This document shows positions 1 to 8,801 of a stretch of 64,000 bases of DNA, one piece after another. Each line of letters starts with the position of its first letter. Position 1 is the first letter of the stretch. A program made the position numbers and the translations under genes. This DNA comes from Clostridia bacterium. GTDB lineage: Bacteria > Bacillota > Clostridia > UBA1381. The DNA is taken from contig JAZNWI010000181.1 of assembly GCA_045593305.1 (NCBI GenBank), positions 8,831-72,830 on the forward strand, in the 5' to 3' direction. The notes beneath the pieces are model-generated. The model was not told the DNA's origin and did no database searches. It worked only from the letters and a program-made list of their open reading frames with translations.

Positions 1-2267
1 ACCGCGAGAAAGAGCGCCGTATGGCAATGTTTGAAGCGGCGGGAGTTAATAATATAGACAAATATCAGATGCTTTACCACGAGGGTAAGGTCAGCGAACC
101 TCTTCCTCATCTTGTTATTGTTGCTGATGAATTTGCCGAACTGAAAAAAGAAGAGCCGCAATTTATTTCGGATCTTGTTTCTGTTGCTCGTGTGGGCCGA
201 ACTCTCGGTATCCATCTTGTTTTGGCAACTCAAAAACCCTCGGGTATTGTTGATGACCAGATTTCGGGTAACTCCCGTTTCCGTCTTTGCCTTAAGGTTC
301 AGGATGCGAGCGACAGCCGTGAAATGATTGAAAGACCTGAGGCTTCAAAAATAACTCAGGCAGGCCGTTGTTATGTTAGAGTCGGTAAGGATGAGGTGCT
401 TGAGTTGTTCCAGTCCTTCTGGAGCGGAGCGCCGTATGTAGGTAATTCTGAAGGGAAAATCGAGAAGGGTAATCAGGTTTGTATTGTTGAAACAAACGGA
501 CACAGAGTTAAGCCACCAAAGAAAAACACTTCAAAGGTTAAAGCCGAGTTCGACGAGCTTGCGGCAATAAATAAATATATAACTGATTTGGCTGAAAAAC
601 AAGGTATTCCGAAGCTGCGCGGTCCGTGGCTTCCCGAGCTTGAAGAAAATATTTTGCTGGATAGTGTAATCAGCGCTGAAAAAGGTTTTGACGGCGAAAA
701 ATGGAATACCAATGATTTGCCGTGGCTTAAAGTTCCCGTAGGTTTTTATGATATGCCTGAGCTCCAGGAGCAGGGTACATTGTGTTTGGATTTTGCCTCT
801 GATGGTCATTACGGCATTTATGGTGCATCGGGTACGGGCAAAACAGTGCTTTTAAAGACACTCATTACTTCAATGTGCAAAAATTATACTCCTGATGACG
901 TTAACATTTATGTTATCGACTGCGGCGGTTGGAGTATGAATGTTATGTCCGCCTTCCCTCATGTGGGCGGAGTAGTTCTTGATGTAGAGGAAGAAAAAAT
1001 ATCAAAATTCCAAAAGCTTATTAACGAGGAATTTGACAGGCGCAGAAAATTGTTCCTGGATAATGTTGTAAGCTCTTTGACCGCATACAGAGAAACTGTC
1101 GGAAAAATGCCTGCGATTATTATCATGATCGATAATATTATGCCTATTTTCGATCTTTATCCTGATATTGAAGATTTGCTGATAAAGATTTCCCGCGATG
1201 GTGCAACATACGGTATTTACCTTGTGTTTACCGCTAATACAAATACGGGAATCCGATATAAAATTATTCAAAATATCAAGGGCGCAGTAGCTTTTGAGCT
1301 TACAGATAAGGGTGATTATTCCGGTATAGTAGGCAGAACTGAGGGTAAATTCTTGCCTAAAACCTGTGGCAGAGCATTATATAAGGGTTCGTGCCCCACA
1401 GAGTTTCAGGTAGCTTGGTACGCACAGGGCGAAAATGAAATTATAAGAGCCGCCGATGTTAAAGGCTTATCATCAAGAATGTGCGATGCGTGGACAGGTG
1501 ACTTACCGAGAGTTATTCCTGTAATGCCTGAAAAGGTTGAGTTCAATGCTATTGCCCGAGAGTATAAAGGAAGAAACGATATACCTCTTGGTATCTCTTA
1601 CGAAAGCATTGAAACGGCTTTTGCAGGTATGGAAAAGAAGTATTGCTTTATGGTGAGCGGTTCTATAGGCTCGGGTAAAAGCGCGCTGTTAAAAAATATA
1701 GCTTGTATGCTGCAAAACGAAAACAACCTTATGTATTTCTTTGACAGCGATAAAAGAACCTTTGCGGACTTTGCGTCAAGTGCAACCGGCTACGCTATCG
1801 ACAAAAATGATAGTGCTGTGAATACACTCATCCGTGAAATTGTAGGTATGCTTAACGCCAGAAAGGACGCGCAGGTTGAGGCATCTGCCGAACCCGATTT
1901 CGATCCTGTTTCGTTTATATTAAAGGAAAAGCAAATCTGTATTTTTATTGATGATATCAATGAGTTTGTTGAGTCTGTTGAAAACGAAACGCGCAACTGG
2001 ATGGATAATATTGCAAGATTGGCTGAGGATTTGGGCGTATTGGTATTTGTTGCCGGGCGACTTGGCGATGTCAGCAAATTAGCTGACTTAGAGCCGTTAA
2101 CAGCCACGATAGTGAAATATCAAAACGGTATTCTGGTTGATGGCTCTCCCGCAAATGCAGGCTTTTTTGATAATAACCTTTCTTTTGCTGAGCGAGATCA
2201 GGTTTGCGGTCAGGGTAATGCCTGGTTATTCGATAATGGTTCTTGCACTAAAATAAAAATTCAGTAA
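1..2267 (+). CDS. essC: T7SSb FtsK/SpoIIIE-family ATPase EssC, C-terminal ~755 aa (5' end lies upstream of the window)
   Basis: The reading frame is open to the window edge. P-loop domains: D1 Walker B VIVADEFAEL plus LGIHLVLATQKPSG, D2 Walker A GASGTGKT, D3 Walker A GSIGSGKS. WXG100 genes follow immediately. Confidence 0.9.
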   Translation, partial: REKERRMAMFEAAGVNNIDKYQMLYHEGKVSEPLPHLVIVADEFAELKKEEPQFISDLVSVARVGRTLGIHLVLATQKPSGIVDDQISGNSRFRLCLKVQDASDSREMIERPEASKITQAGRCYVRVGKDEVLELFQSFWSGAPYVGNSEGKIEKGNQVCIVETNGHRVKPPKKNTSKVKAEFDELAAINKYITDLAEKQGIPKLRGPWLPELEENILLDSVISAEKGFDGEKWNTNDLPWLKVPVGFYDMPELQEQGTLCLDFASDGHYGIYGASGTGKTVLLKTLITSMCKNYTPDDVNIYVIDCGGWSMNVMSAFPHVGGVVLDVEEEKISKFQKLINEEFDRRRKLFLDNVVSSLTAYRETVGKMPAIIIMIDNIMPIFDLYPDIEDLLIKISRDGATYGIYLVFTANTNTGIRYKIIQNIKGAVAFELTDKGDYSGIVGRTEGKFLPKTCGRALYKGSCPTEFQVAWYAQGENEIIRAADVKGLSSRMCDAWTGDLPRVIPVMPEKVEFNAIAREYKGRNDIPLGISYESIETAFAGMEKKYCFMVSGSIGSGKSALLKNIACMLQNENNLMYFFDSDKRTFADFASSATGYAIDKNDSAVNTLIREIVGMLNARKDAQVEASAEPDFDPVSFILKEKQICIFIDDINEFVESVENETRNWMDNIARLAEDLGVLVFVAGRLGDVSKLADLEPLTATIVKYQNGILVDGSPANAGFFDNNLSFAERDQVCGQGNAWLFDNGSCTKIKIQ

Positions 2268-2285
2268 TAACACAAGGAGTTTGTT

Positions 2286-2885
2286 ATGCCTAAAATTGAA
2301 ATTGATGTAGATAAACTTCAATTAGCTGTTCAATTATTTGATTATTCACGAAAACAGGTTGAAGAAGTTTTGTATAAGTTCAATGCTTTAAACAATGAGT
2401 TTCAAGCAGATATGCAGTTGCAAACATCATTGGAATATCCTCAGATTCAAGTTGCTTGCGAAGAGTTTTCAAAATCCTGCTTTGTTGTAAATGAAAAAAT
2501 GCAAGACTTATATTCCGTATTCCTTCAGGTCCCGGGCATTTACTCGCAGCTTGAAGAGAAGGCGAAAAATCGGGTTGAAGGTATCGTTGCAAAAGCCGAG
2601 ATTACTCAAAGAAATATGAGCGATATAACTGCCATTAATATTGAATTGGCTGTTGAAGCTGATGAAGATGTCAGCGTTTTTGCCGAAACAAGTCAGCTTG
2701 TTCAGAACAACAGTTATGAAATGGCTTTGGCAAGTACAGCCGCCGCTGTGGGAATAATTGAGGAAACTTATGCAGGGGATGAGAATCTCGGTATAAACCC
2801 ACTTGTTGAAATGCAGGTTGAAAATTCTGTGATTTCGCTGGAGGCGTCTTTGGTAGCTTCAATGGAGGAAACGGAAGATGAATAA
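2286..2885 (+). CDS. hypothetical T7SS-associated protein (helical N-terminus, very acidic C-terminus)
   Basis: AAGGAG RBS 7 nt upstream of the ATG. 199 aa. Sits directly after essC. No family recognisable by eye. Confidence 0.55.
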   Translation: MPKIEIDVDKLQLAVQLFDYSRKQVEEVLYKFNALNNEFQADMQLQTSLEYPQIQVACEEFSKSCFVVNEKMQDLYSVFLQVPGIYSQLEEKAKNRVEGIVAKAEITQRNMSDITAINIELAVEADEDVSVFAETSQLVQNNSYEMALASTAAAVGIIEETYAGDENLGINPLVEMQVENSVISLEASLVASMEETEDE

Positions 2886-3609
2886 GTGCACTATCAATGA
2901 GTTGGAAAAGATAGAGAAAAAAATATCTTATCTTAAAAATATCTGGCCTGATGTCAGAGTTAATAACATAGTAATTCTTTCTCAGTATCAGCTTTTGTGC
3001 TTGGGTGCCTTGTTGAAAAAGCCCATAGTTCCGGGAATAACACCGATTATTAATATTGATGATGTAAGCGTTAAAACGGCGTTGAAATCGCTGCAAAAAA
3101 AGCAGATGTATTTTCCGCGTTTTTCGGGTGTGGGCGAGGTTGATGAAACTGTTTCAGCTCTTATGGAGCAGCTTTGTGCGCCCGGTGAAAAATATGAAAT
3201 TATCCTCAATTACAGGGCCGGTAAGGTTATTAAATTTTTCGCTTCTTTTACTAAAGGTGCATCGGTGCTCCTTTTTAAACTGAACGAAGGTAATTATGTT
3301 CTTTGTAATTGCGAAGGTGTTTTTAAGTCCGAAAGCATATACAGCGTTGGCGAAATAAGTGCCGATGTTGTGAAACGATTGCGCGATGAGATTACCCAAT
3401 CTTTAGGCTTCTGTGAGGTTAAGGAAAAACTCGCCGCGCTTAACAACGATTCGTTGTTTGTAAACGGGATGTACGATTGCCTTTGCGGCAAGACCAATAA
3501 CGGAATGTTTTGTAAGTATTTTTTCGACGGAATGAAGTTCAGAAAGTTTGAATCCGGCTTTGTGGTTTGCGGAAATGGCTCCGGCGGGATAATAAAACTC
3601 AGAAGGTGA
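2878..3609 (+). CDS. hypothetical soluble protein in T7SS locus
   Basis: The start overlaps the preceding stop, which suggests translational coupling. 243 aa with no TM segment. No family recognised. Confidence 0.55.
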   Translation: MNKCTINELEKIEKKISYLKNIWPDVRVNNIVILSQYQLLCLGALLKKPIVPGITPIINIDDVSVKTALKSLQKKQMYFPRFSGVGEVDETVSALMEQLCAPGEKYEIILNYRAGKVIKFFASFTKGASVLLFKLNEGNYVLCNCEGVFKSESIYSVGEISADVVKRLRDEITQSLGFCEVKEKLAALNNDSLFVNGMYDCLCGKTNNGMFCKYFFDGMKFRKFESGFVVCGNGSGGIIKLRR

Positions 3610-3615
3610 TGTGGA

Positions 3616-3867
3616 ATGAGTAAAATTATAATTACATTAACTAATCAGCGGAGAGATTTCTCCTACGATTTAGAGGTGCCCACAGACGAGCCGATAGAAA
3701 AGCTTTATACAGATATTATTGAAACCTTAAGTAGCCAAAATCCGAGCTTTTTGAGCTATCAGTCTCAGATGCTTTTGTATTCATTACGTATGAAACGATA
3801 CATGCTTCCCAATGAAACTTTAGATTCTTGCGGGGTATTAAACGGCGATTACTTGTTATTAGGTTGA
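3616..3867 (+). CDS. esaB: YukD/EsaB-like ubiquitin-fold T7SS protein
   Basis: 83 aa. Pattern IITLTN..DFSYDLEVPTDEPIEKL...LPNETLDSCGVLNGDYLLL matches the YukD beta-grasp family. T7SS context. Confidence 0.75.
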   Translation: MSKIIITLTNQRRDFSYDLEVPTDEPIEKLYTDIIETLSSQNPSFLSYQSQMLLYSLRMKRYMLPNETLDSCGVLNGDYLLLG

Positions 3868-3875
3868 GGTGCATT

Positions 3876-4178
3876 ATGACAGAGGAAATTTTGTTTGCAG
3901 ATATGCTGAATCACTATTCTTTGAAAATCACCGAATTGTCGGATGTTCTTGCCGACGCGGTTTCAAAGCTTAATACATGCGTGATTCTTTCGGAAGAAGC
4001 TTGGAAAAGTCCGTCCATATTAAAATTTAATGACAAAATTCTTGATATGCGGCAACAGTTCAACAATATGAATCATTCATTGGATGAACTTACAGCTTTA
4101 TTCAATACAATAAAAAATGCGGAATTGGAAGCTCAGACAGAAAACCTTATGAATGTTGTTGAAGCTTCAAAAGACTAG
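3876..4178 (+). CDS. WXG100-like small helical protein (degenerate W-K-S motif)
   Basis: GAGGTG RBS then ATG at 3876. 100 aa. Central EEAWKSPSILKF at the hairpin position. Confidence 0.6.
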   Translation: MTEEILFADMLNHYSLKITELSDVLADAVSKLNTCVILSEEAWKSPSILKFNDKILDMRQQFNNMNHSLDELTALFNTIKNAELEAQTENLMNVVEASKD

Positions 4179-4232
4179 GTGTTAAAGAGAATGTCTCTTA
4201 GCAATATATTTTAGCTTCAGGAGGTGAAAATA

Positions 4233-4535
4233 ATGGCACTTATTCAGGTAACTCCCGATTTACTTAAAGGCAAGGCAAACGAGCTTCGTGGTTTAAAGGG
4301 ACAGCATGACGAGGCAATGAACAAGGTGAGAACTCTCATCACAAACCTTAACGAGGTTTGGAAGGGTGATGCGCAGGTAGCTTTCCTCAACAAATATGAA
4401 AGCATGCAGTCAACTTTCACAAATTTCTCACAGATGCTTGAGGATTATGCAAAGCTTATGGATACAGCAGCTCAGCAGATGGGTGAACTCGATACAGGTC
4501 TTGCAAGCAAGATGTCCGGTTTTGGTACGAAGTAA
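4233..4535 (+). CDS. esxA: WXG100 family T7SS substrate EsxA-like
   Basis: AGGAGGTG RBS then ATG at 4233. 100 aa. MALIQVTPD... N-terminus and central NEVWKGDAQVAF (W-x-G) motif. Confidence 0.85.
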   Translation: MALIQVTPDLLKGKANELRGLKGQHDEAMNKVRTLITNLNEVWKGDAQVAFLNKYESMQSTFTNFSQMLEDYAKLMDTAAQQMGELDTGLASKMSGFGTK

Positions 4536-4548
4536 AACCGAAGAGCCG

Positions 4549-4568
4549 CCTCCGATTTTTATCGGAGG
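4549..4568 (+). terminator. 8-bp hairpin just after esxA (CCTCCGAT-TTTT-ATCGGAGG), weak terminator or mRNA stabiliser
   Basis: Perfect inverted repeat 14 nt after the esxA stop. No clear U-tract follows. Confidence 0.35.
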
Positions 4569-4661
4569 TAGGCTTGCCTGTTTAATTTCGGTAAAGATTC
4601 AAATCCTTTTTTAAGCAAAAAATTCGCCTGTTTAAAAAAAGATTTGAGAAGGAGATAAATT

Positions 4662-4949
4662 ATGGAAATTGTTATAGATGTGGATGCTTTATTGCGTTGT
4701 AGCGATAGTTTGAGCAATGTTAACTATGAGCTGCAGACAAATATGAATAATATTGAGAATCTTGTTCTCGGTTTAGGCAGTGAGTGGCAAGGTCAAACAG
4801 CAAAAGCGTATGAAAATAATATTTTGATTGTGAAGAAACAATTTGAATATCTCAACAAGTATATTGAAGAATACACTCAAGTGCTTAAGACGATAGCTGC
4901 AGAATACGCAGAAACCGAAAAAAATATCACTATGAGATTGGAAGGATAA
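4662..4949 (+). CDS. WXG100 family protein
   Basis: GAAGGAG RBS. 95 aa. Central GSEWQGQTAKAY (W-x-G). Confidence 0.75.
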   Translation: MEIVIDVDALLRCSDSLSNVNYELQTNMNNIENLVLGLGSEWQGQTAKAYENNILIVKKQFEYLNKYIEEYTQVLKTIAAEYAETEKNITMRLEG

Positions 4950-4953
4950 TACA

Positions 4954-5637
4954 ATGTTCAAAAAAATTGAAAACCTTATTCCTCTTGCTGAATCCCACAT
5001 ATATTTTTTAGCTAAAGAATTAAACTTGACTCGTACAGTAGCAACGGGTATCGATTTTACAAGATTATCAAAGCAAGAGCAAAATGAGCTTCGCCAGTCA
5101 GTATATGACCATTTTAGGGAAAATAAAGTTTTAAATACGGACTTTTTCGGCAATGCAACCATACGAAAAGATTATGCGGAAATTGTTCGCATGTTTGAAA
5201 ATCCTGATTATGTTTGTTGTGTTGCCATTGTAGATTACAAGAACAAGAAGTCGGTTATGAAAAAAGTATATTTTTCAAATAATAAATGGTTTGGTCTTGA
5301 TTATAGTTCAAACGGAGCATTTGTCATTGGCGAATTAGATGATGTGAACGATGCTAAAATATTTGCATTGAAAGAAGCAAATATGATTAACGAGACCGAG
5401 CCAATATCAGAGAATGATATTGATAACACATACACTTTTGACAATATAAATGCAGTCGTGTCAAAAATTGTAATCGTCGATGAGTTTTATAAAAGAGGCG
5501 AAGAATATTTTGAAAAACAATGTTTATATACACGGTTGAAAGATGGATTATGGGCAGATCTGGATAGTGCGGATGGAGTGAAGGTACAACTTAAAAAGAA
5601 AGATATGTCGGAAATAGCGTTTTATCAGGAGGGGTAA
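4954..5637 (+). CDS. hypothetical soluble protein in T7SS locus
   Basis: GGAAGGA RBS. 227 aa. Tightly packed, 4 nt after the preceding WXG gene. No family recognised. Confidence 0.55.
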   Translation: MFKKIENLIPLAESHIYFLAKELNLTRTVATGIDFTRLSKQEQNELRQSVYDHFRENKVLNTDFFGNATIRKDYAEIVRMFENPDYVCCVAIVDYKNKKSVMKKVYFSNNKWFGLDYSSNGAFVIGELDDVNDAKIFALKEANMINETEPISENDIDNTYTFDNINAVVSKIVIVDEFYKRGEEYFEKQCLYTRLKDGLWADLDSADGVKVQLKKKDMSEIAFYQEG

Positions 5638-5640
5638 AAA

Positions 5641-5934
5641 ATGGCACAGATCAAAATTGATACAAAATATGCAAGACGCGATGTGAAGCGTATAAGAACC
5701 GCAATAGCTTACCTCGAAAATGCGTATAATGAGTACTCGCAGCTTAATAACTTTGTTAACGATACTTATAAGGGTGAAGCGGCTAACGCCTTGAGCACAT
5801 TGATTACCGCAAATCGTATGAAGAGGGTTCAAAATATGATAAGTGACCTTAGGGGGGCGCAGAACCGACTTCAAAGAGCAATAGACAGCTATGAAAGAGC
5901 CAGCGAAAATGTTAAGAAGAGTGTTGAGGGGTGA
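5641..5934 (+). CDS. small helical WXG100/Lap-like protein (Y-K-G variant)
   Basis: CAGGAGGGG RBS. 97 aa. Central DTYKGEAANAL. Confidence 0.6.
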   Translation: MAQIKIDTKYARRDVKRIRTAIAYLENAYNEYSQLNNFVNDTYKGEAANALSTLITANRMKRVQNMISDLRGAQNRLQRAIDSYERASENVKKSVEG

Positions 5935-5939
5935 GTTTT

Positions 5940-6242
5940 ATGGCCAAAAGAGTTTTAGTAAATGTAGATAAGGTAAACGAACTTGGTAACGAGGTCGAAC
6001 AGCTTTTGCAAGAAATGCAAGCTTGCTATGACAGTATATTAAAAAATAAGCAGTTAATATGTGAAAATTGGCAGAGCGATGCAGCGCTCCAATATGTAAC
6101 CAATATAGATAAACAAAACAAAAATATAAATAAGCTTAAAGATTCCATAAAAAACGATAAGGAATATACATTAAAAACCTCCGCCCAAATTCGAGAGATA
6201 GACAGAAATTTTGCGAAACAATTCGAAAATAATAAGGCTTGA
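5940..6242 (+). CDS. small helical WXG100/Lap-like protein (W-Q-S variant)
   Basis: GAGGGGTGA RBS then ATG at 5940. 100 aa. Central ENWQSDAALQY. Confidence 0.6.
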   Translation: MAKRVLVNVDKVNELGNEVEQLLQEMQACYDSILKNKQLICENWQSDAALQYVTNIDKQNKNINKLKDSIKNDKEYTLKTSAQIREIDRNFAKQFENNKA

Positions 6243-6266
6243 TTAGGGTGAAACGGAGAGATAAAT

Positions 6267-7334
6267 ATGGGAACAATTATTGAATTAAATTATTCAAACA
6301 TACTTAACTATTCTACAAAAATAAGATCTATCGACAACGATTTGGAGCAGGCCTATAAGCAACTTGCGGAATCTACCGATTGGGGTAGTTCAATTATGCA
6401 GGGAACATGGAGCTTTTCTGGGAAAAATGCAATTTTTAATGAATTGGCTCAATCTAAAAAAGAGATAAAGCGTATTATGGAGGCTGATGAGGCGCTTATT
6501 AATATTCTTAACAGCCTTGAGTCAGGTTATGAAGGCGTAAATAAAAAAACAACTACGAATGATGAGGCTATACGAAAATTTATCGAGTCTTTGTTTTGGT
6601 TGGTAAAACCCGCAATCATTGCACCTGTGATCATTGGACCTATATGGGGACAATTAATAAACGGATATTCAGATTGGGATACGGGAATACCGGGTGGGGG
6701 TGTGCCTTCTATACCCAAAATTTTCGAAATAACTGATGATTTGAAAGATAAACTGCTGGAAAAAGCGGATGACATTATTGACGGAACAGGCAAAGACTTA
6801 AAGAGTATGAGTGAATCTCTTGATGCAATAAATGATTGGATAGAAAAGAATCTTGGGGAAGACCGAAGAGATCTTATTGATACCTTGCTGGAAGAGCTGG
6901 TTAACGATAAAGATAAATACAAATCACTAAAAATTCTTCAGCAAATTTTTAGCGGAAATTTCGAAGGAGATACATTAATAGATATAGCTTCTCTTGTTGT
7001 GTCTATTATGGGAAAGTCGAATATTAAAACTAAAACGCTGTTTACCGCACTAAAAAAGATGGACAAGTGGAGCGGAATAGGCGCTGAGATGGAGGCGCAG
7101 GTCATAGAGGCATTTGAAGAGGGCGATATATTTAATGGTGTGAGATTGTTTTTGGGCTATGTGGTCGGCGGTCTTAGTGGTTGCGTGCTGGATAATGCTG
7201 CAGCTTTAGCGGATTCCTATTTGCATATTTCTGAATTGGAAACTATTTTCGAAATATTTACGGGTATTGATATTAACGGACCTGTTGACAAAGCAGTTGG
7301 CTCGTTCTTTTGGCGTCTGTTAGGTTTTAAATAA
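6267..7334 (+). CDS. candidate T7SS effector: WXG/LXG-like helical N-terminus plus hydrophobic, glycine-rich membrane-active regions
   Basis: 355 aa. N-terminal ~100 aa is helical with STDWGSS and GTWSFSGKNA. Hydrophobic stretch FWLVKPAIIAPVIIGPIWGQLI. C-terminal small-residue-rich segment LFLGYVVGGLSGCVLDNAAALA. Confidence 0.55.
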   Translation: MGTIIELNYSNILNYSTKIRSIDNDLEQAYKQLAESTDWGSSIMQGTWSFSGKNAIFNELAQSKKEIKRIMEADEALINILNSLESGYEGVNKKTTTNDEAIRKFIESLFWLVKPAIIAPVIIGPIWGQLINGYSDWDTGIPGGGVPSIPKIFEITDDLKDKLLEKADDIIDGTGKDLKSMSESLDAINDWIEKNLGEDRRDLIDTLLEELVNDKDKYKSLKILQQIFSGNFEGDTLIDIASLVVSIMGKSNIKTKTLFTALKKMDKWSGIGAEMEAQVIEAFEEGDIFNGVRLFLGYVVGGLSGCVLDNAAALADSYLHISELETIFEIFTGIDINGPVDKAVGSFFWRLLGFK

Positions 7335-7349
7335 TCGGAGGATAAATAA

Positions 7350-7685
7350 ATGCAATTATTACATATAGGCACAATTTTTACTAAAAATGAAAAGAACTTC
7401 TTGATAATTGGTTATTCCGTCATAAAAAAAGATGAAAAACTACTTCCTGCGTATAAATGCGTTCGGCTTCCGTTGGGCTTCATCAGCAAAGATAGTATAA
7501 AAACCGTTTCTATTGATGATGTTGATAATGTTATTTTCAGCGGCTATAAAAACGAGCAAGCAAACGATTATTTGGAAAAGCTCGGAAAAATATATGATGT
7601 TTTCGGAGAATACGGAGAAGAAGTAAACGATCAGTTAGATGAAGTGTTACAGGCTTTAAAGGAAGGTGGGTATATAAATGAGTAA
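7350..7685 (+). CDS. DUF4176-like protein
   Basis: 111 aa. LLHIGTIF...FLIIGY...RLPLGF...VDNVIFSGYKNE matches the DUF4176 pattern (LPLGSVV ... MI.G ... YP.G ... V.F.GY). Confidence 0.65.
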   Translation: MQLLHIGTIFTKNEKNFLIIGYSVIKKDEKLLPAYKCVRLPLGFISKDSIKTVSIDDVDNVIFSGYKNEQANDYLEKLGKIYDVFGEYGEEVNDQLDEVLQALKEGGYINE

Positions 7686-7944
7686 TTTATTACCGTTAGG
7701 CTCAATAGTAAAAAAGCAGGATAGATTGTTTATGCTCGTCGGCTATCTTCCTCAAGATAAAAAAATCCACATGTATTCCGCTGTTCCGTACCCTTTGGGT
7801 ATGCTGGAAAAGGAAGTAATATATACAATTGACGAAAATGAGTTCGAGGTCGAATTCAAGGGGTACAGCGATGATTTAACTGAACAAGCGCTGAATGGTA
7901 TTGAACTTTTAATACGGGAATTGGCTGCTCGGTTGACTAAATGA
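7678..7944 (+). CDS. DUF4176-like protein
   Basis: 88 aa. LLPLGSIVKK..LFMLVGY...AVPYPLGML...EVEFKGYSDD is a close match to the DUF4176 pattern. Overlaps the previous gene by 8 nt. Confidence 0.75.
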   Translation: MSNLLPLGSIVKKQDRLFMLVGYLPQDKKIHMYSAVPYPLGMLEKEVIYTIDENEFEVEFKGYSDDLTEQALNGIELLIRELAARLTK

Positions 7945-7987
7945 TTGATTTGTCTGTAAATTAATTTAATTGATAGGATGTATGACA

Positions 7988-8788
7988 ATGGCAAACAGTA
8001 TTAAAGTAGAAACAGATACGCTGACGAAGTTAGCGGTGCAGTACAGAAGCGATGCAGAAAATTATAAGAACTGTTGCGACAAGCTTGAGGCTAAGCTGGC
8101 GGAATACGATGATTATTGGTGGGGCGCTTTTTCAGCGAGTTTTGAGACTGAGATAAAGAACCTGAAAAAACAGAAGAAAACTGTTTACGATAATTGTATG
8201 AGCTTGGCTCAGTTTTTGGATGAAGCGGTAAAACTCTATATACAGCTTGATAGGGGCTTAATAGCTAAAGATAGCGTGGATGTCAATGATTATCCGGAAG
8301 GTGTAAGGGTTAGCCAACACATTCCTACCGATGCGGAATTACAGGAGTTATATAACAATAGTGTTTATCCCGGAATGGGAAAAAATCCGGATGGTTCCGT
8401 TAGTTGCGCTGCACTTACAAAAAGAAAGGCGCAACAGCACGGTTTTGACTATACAGGCTACGGTAACGGTAATCAAGTTTATGACAGGATTCAGTCAAAT
8501 AATAGTTTCAACGTTACTAAATATCCCGGTAGGGACTGTTTAAATAAGTTGATTGCCGCAGAGGGGGAGCCTGTAACCAATGTGGTTATCTCGTTCCCAC
8601 GCTCTCCTAAATGGGGCAATAAGTATGGTCATGTGCTTTATATCGATAAGATAGTAGATGGTAAAGTTTATTATTCAGATAATACAAGTCCGAGTACAGC
8701 CAAAGTAAAAACAATTGATGATTTCTTAAATGCTTATTATAAATCAAACGGAAGTCCGATAGGTTGCGCGCATTTAGAGAAAAAATAG
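7988..8788 (+). CDS. WXG-like N-terminal domain fused to a CHAP/NlpC-P60-type peptidoglycan amidase
   Basis: N-terminus has DDYWWGAFSASF (W-x-G). C-terminus has candidate catalytic Cys (GSVSCAALTK) and His (YGHVLYIDKIVDGKVYYSDNT). No signal peptide. Start is at 7988, or at 7982. Confidence 0.7.
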   Translation: MANSIKVETDTLTKLAVQYRSDAENYKNCCDKLEAKLAEYDDYWWGAFSASFETEIKNLKKQKKTVYDNCMSLAQFLDEAVKLYIQLDRGLIAKDSVDVNDYPEGVRVSQHIPTDAELQELYNNSVYPGMGKNPDGSVSCAALTKRKAQQHGFDYTGYGNGNQVYDRIQSNNSFNVTKYPGRDCLNKLIAAEGEPVTNVVISFPRSPKWGNKYGHVLYIDKIVDGKVYYSDNTSPSTAKVKTIDDFLNAYYKSNGSPIGCAHLEKK

Positions 8789-8801
8789 AGAAGAAAAAAT
8801 A

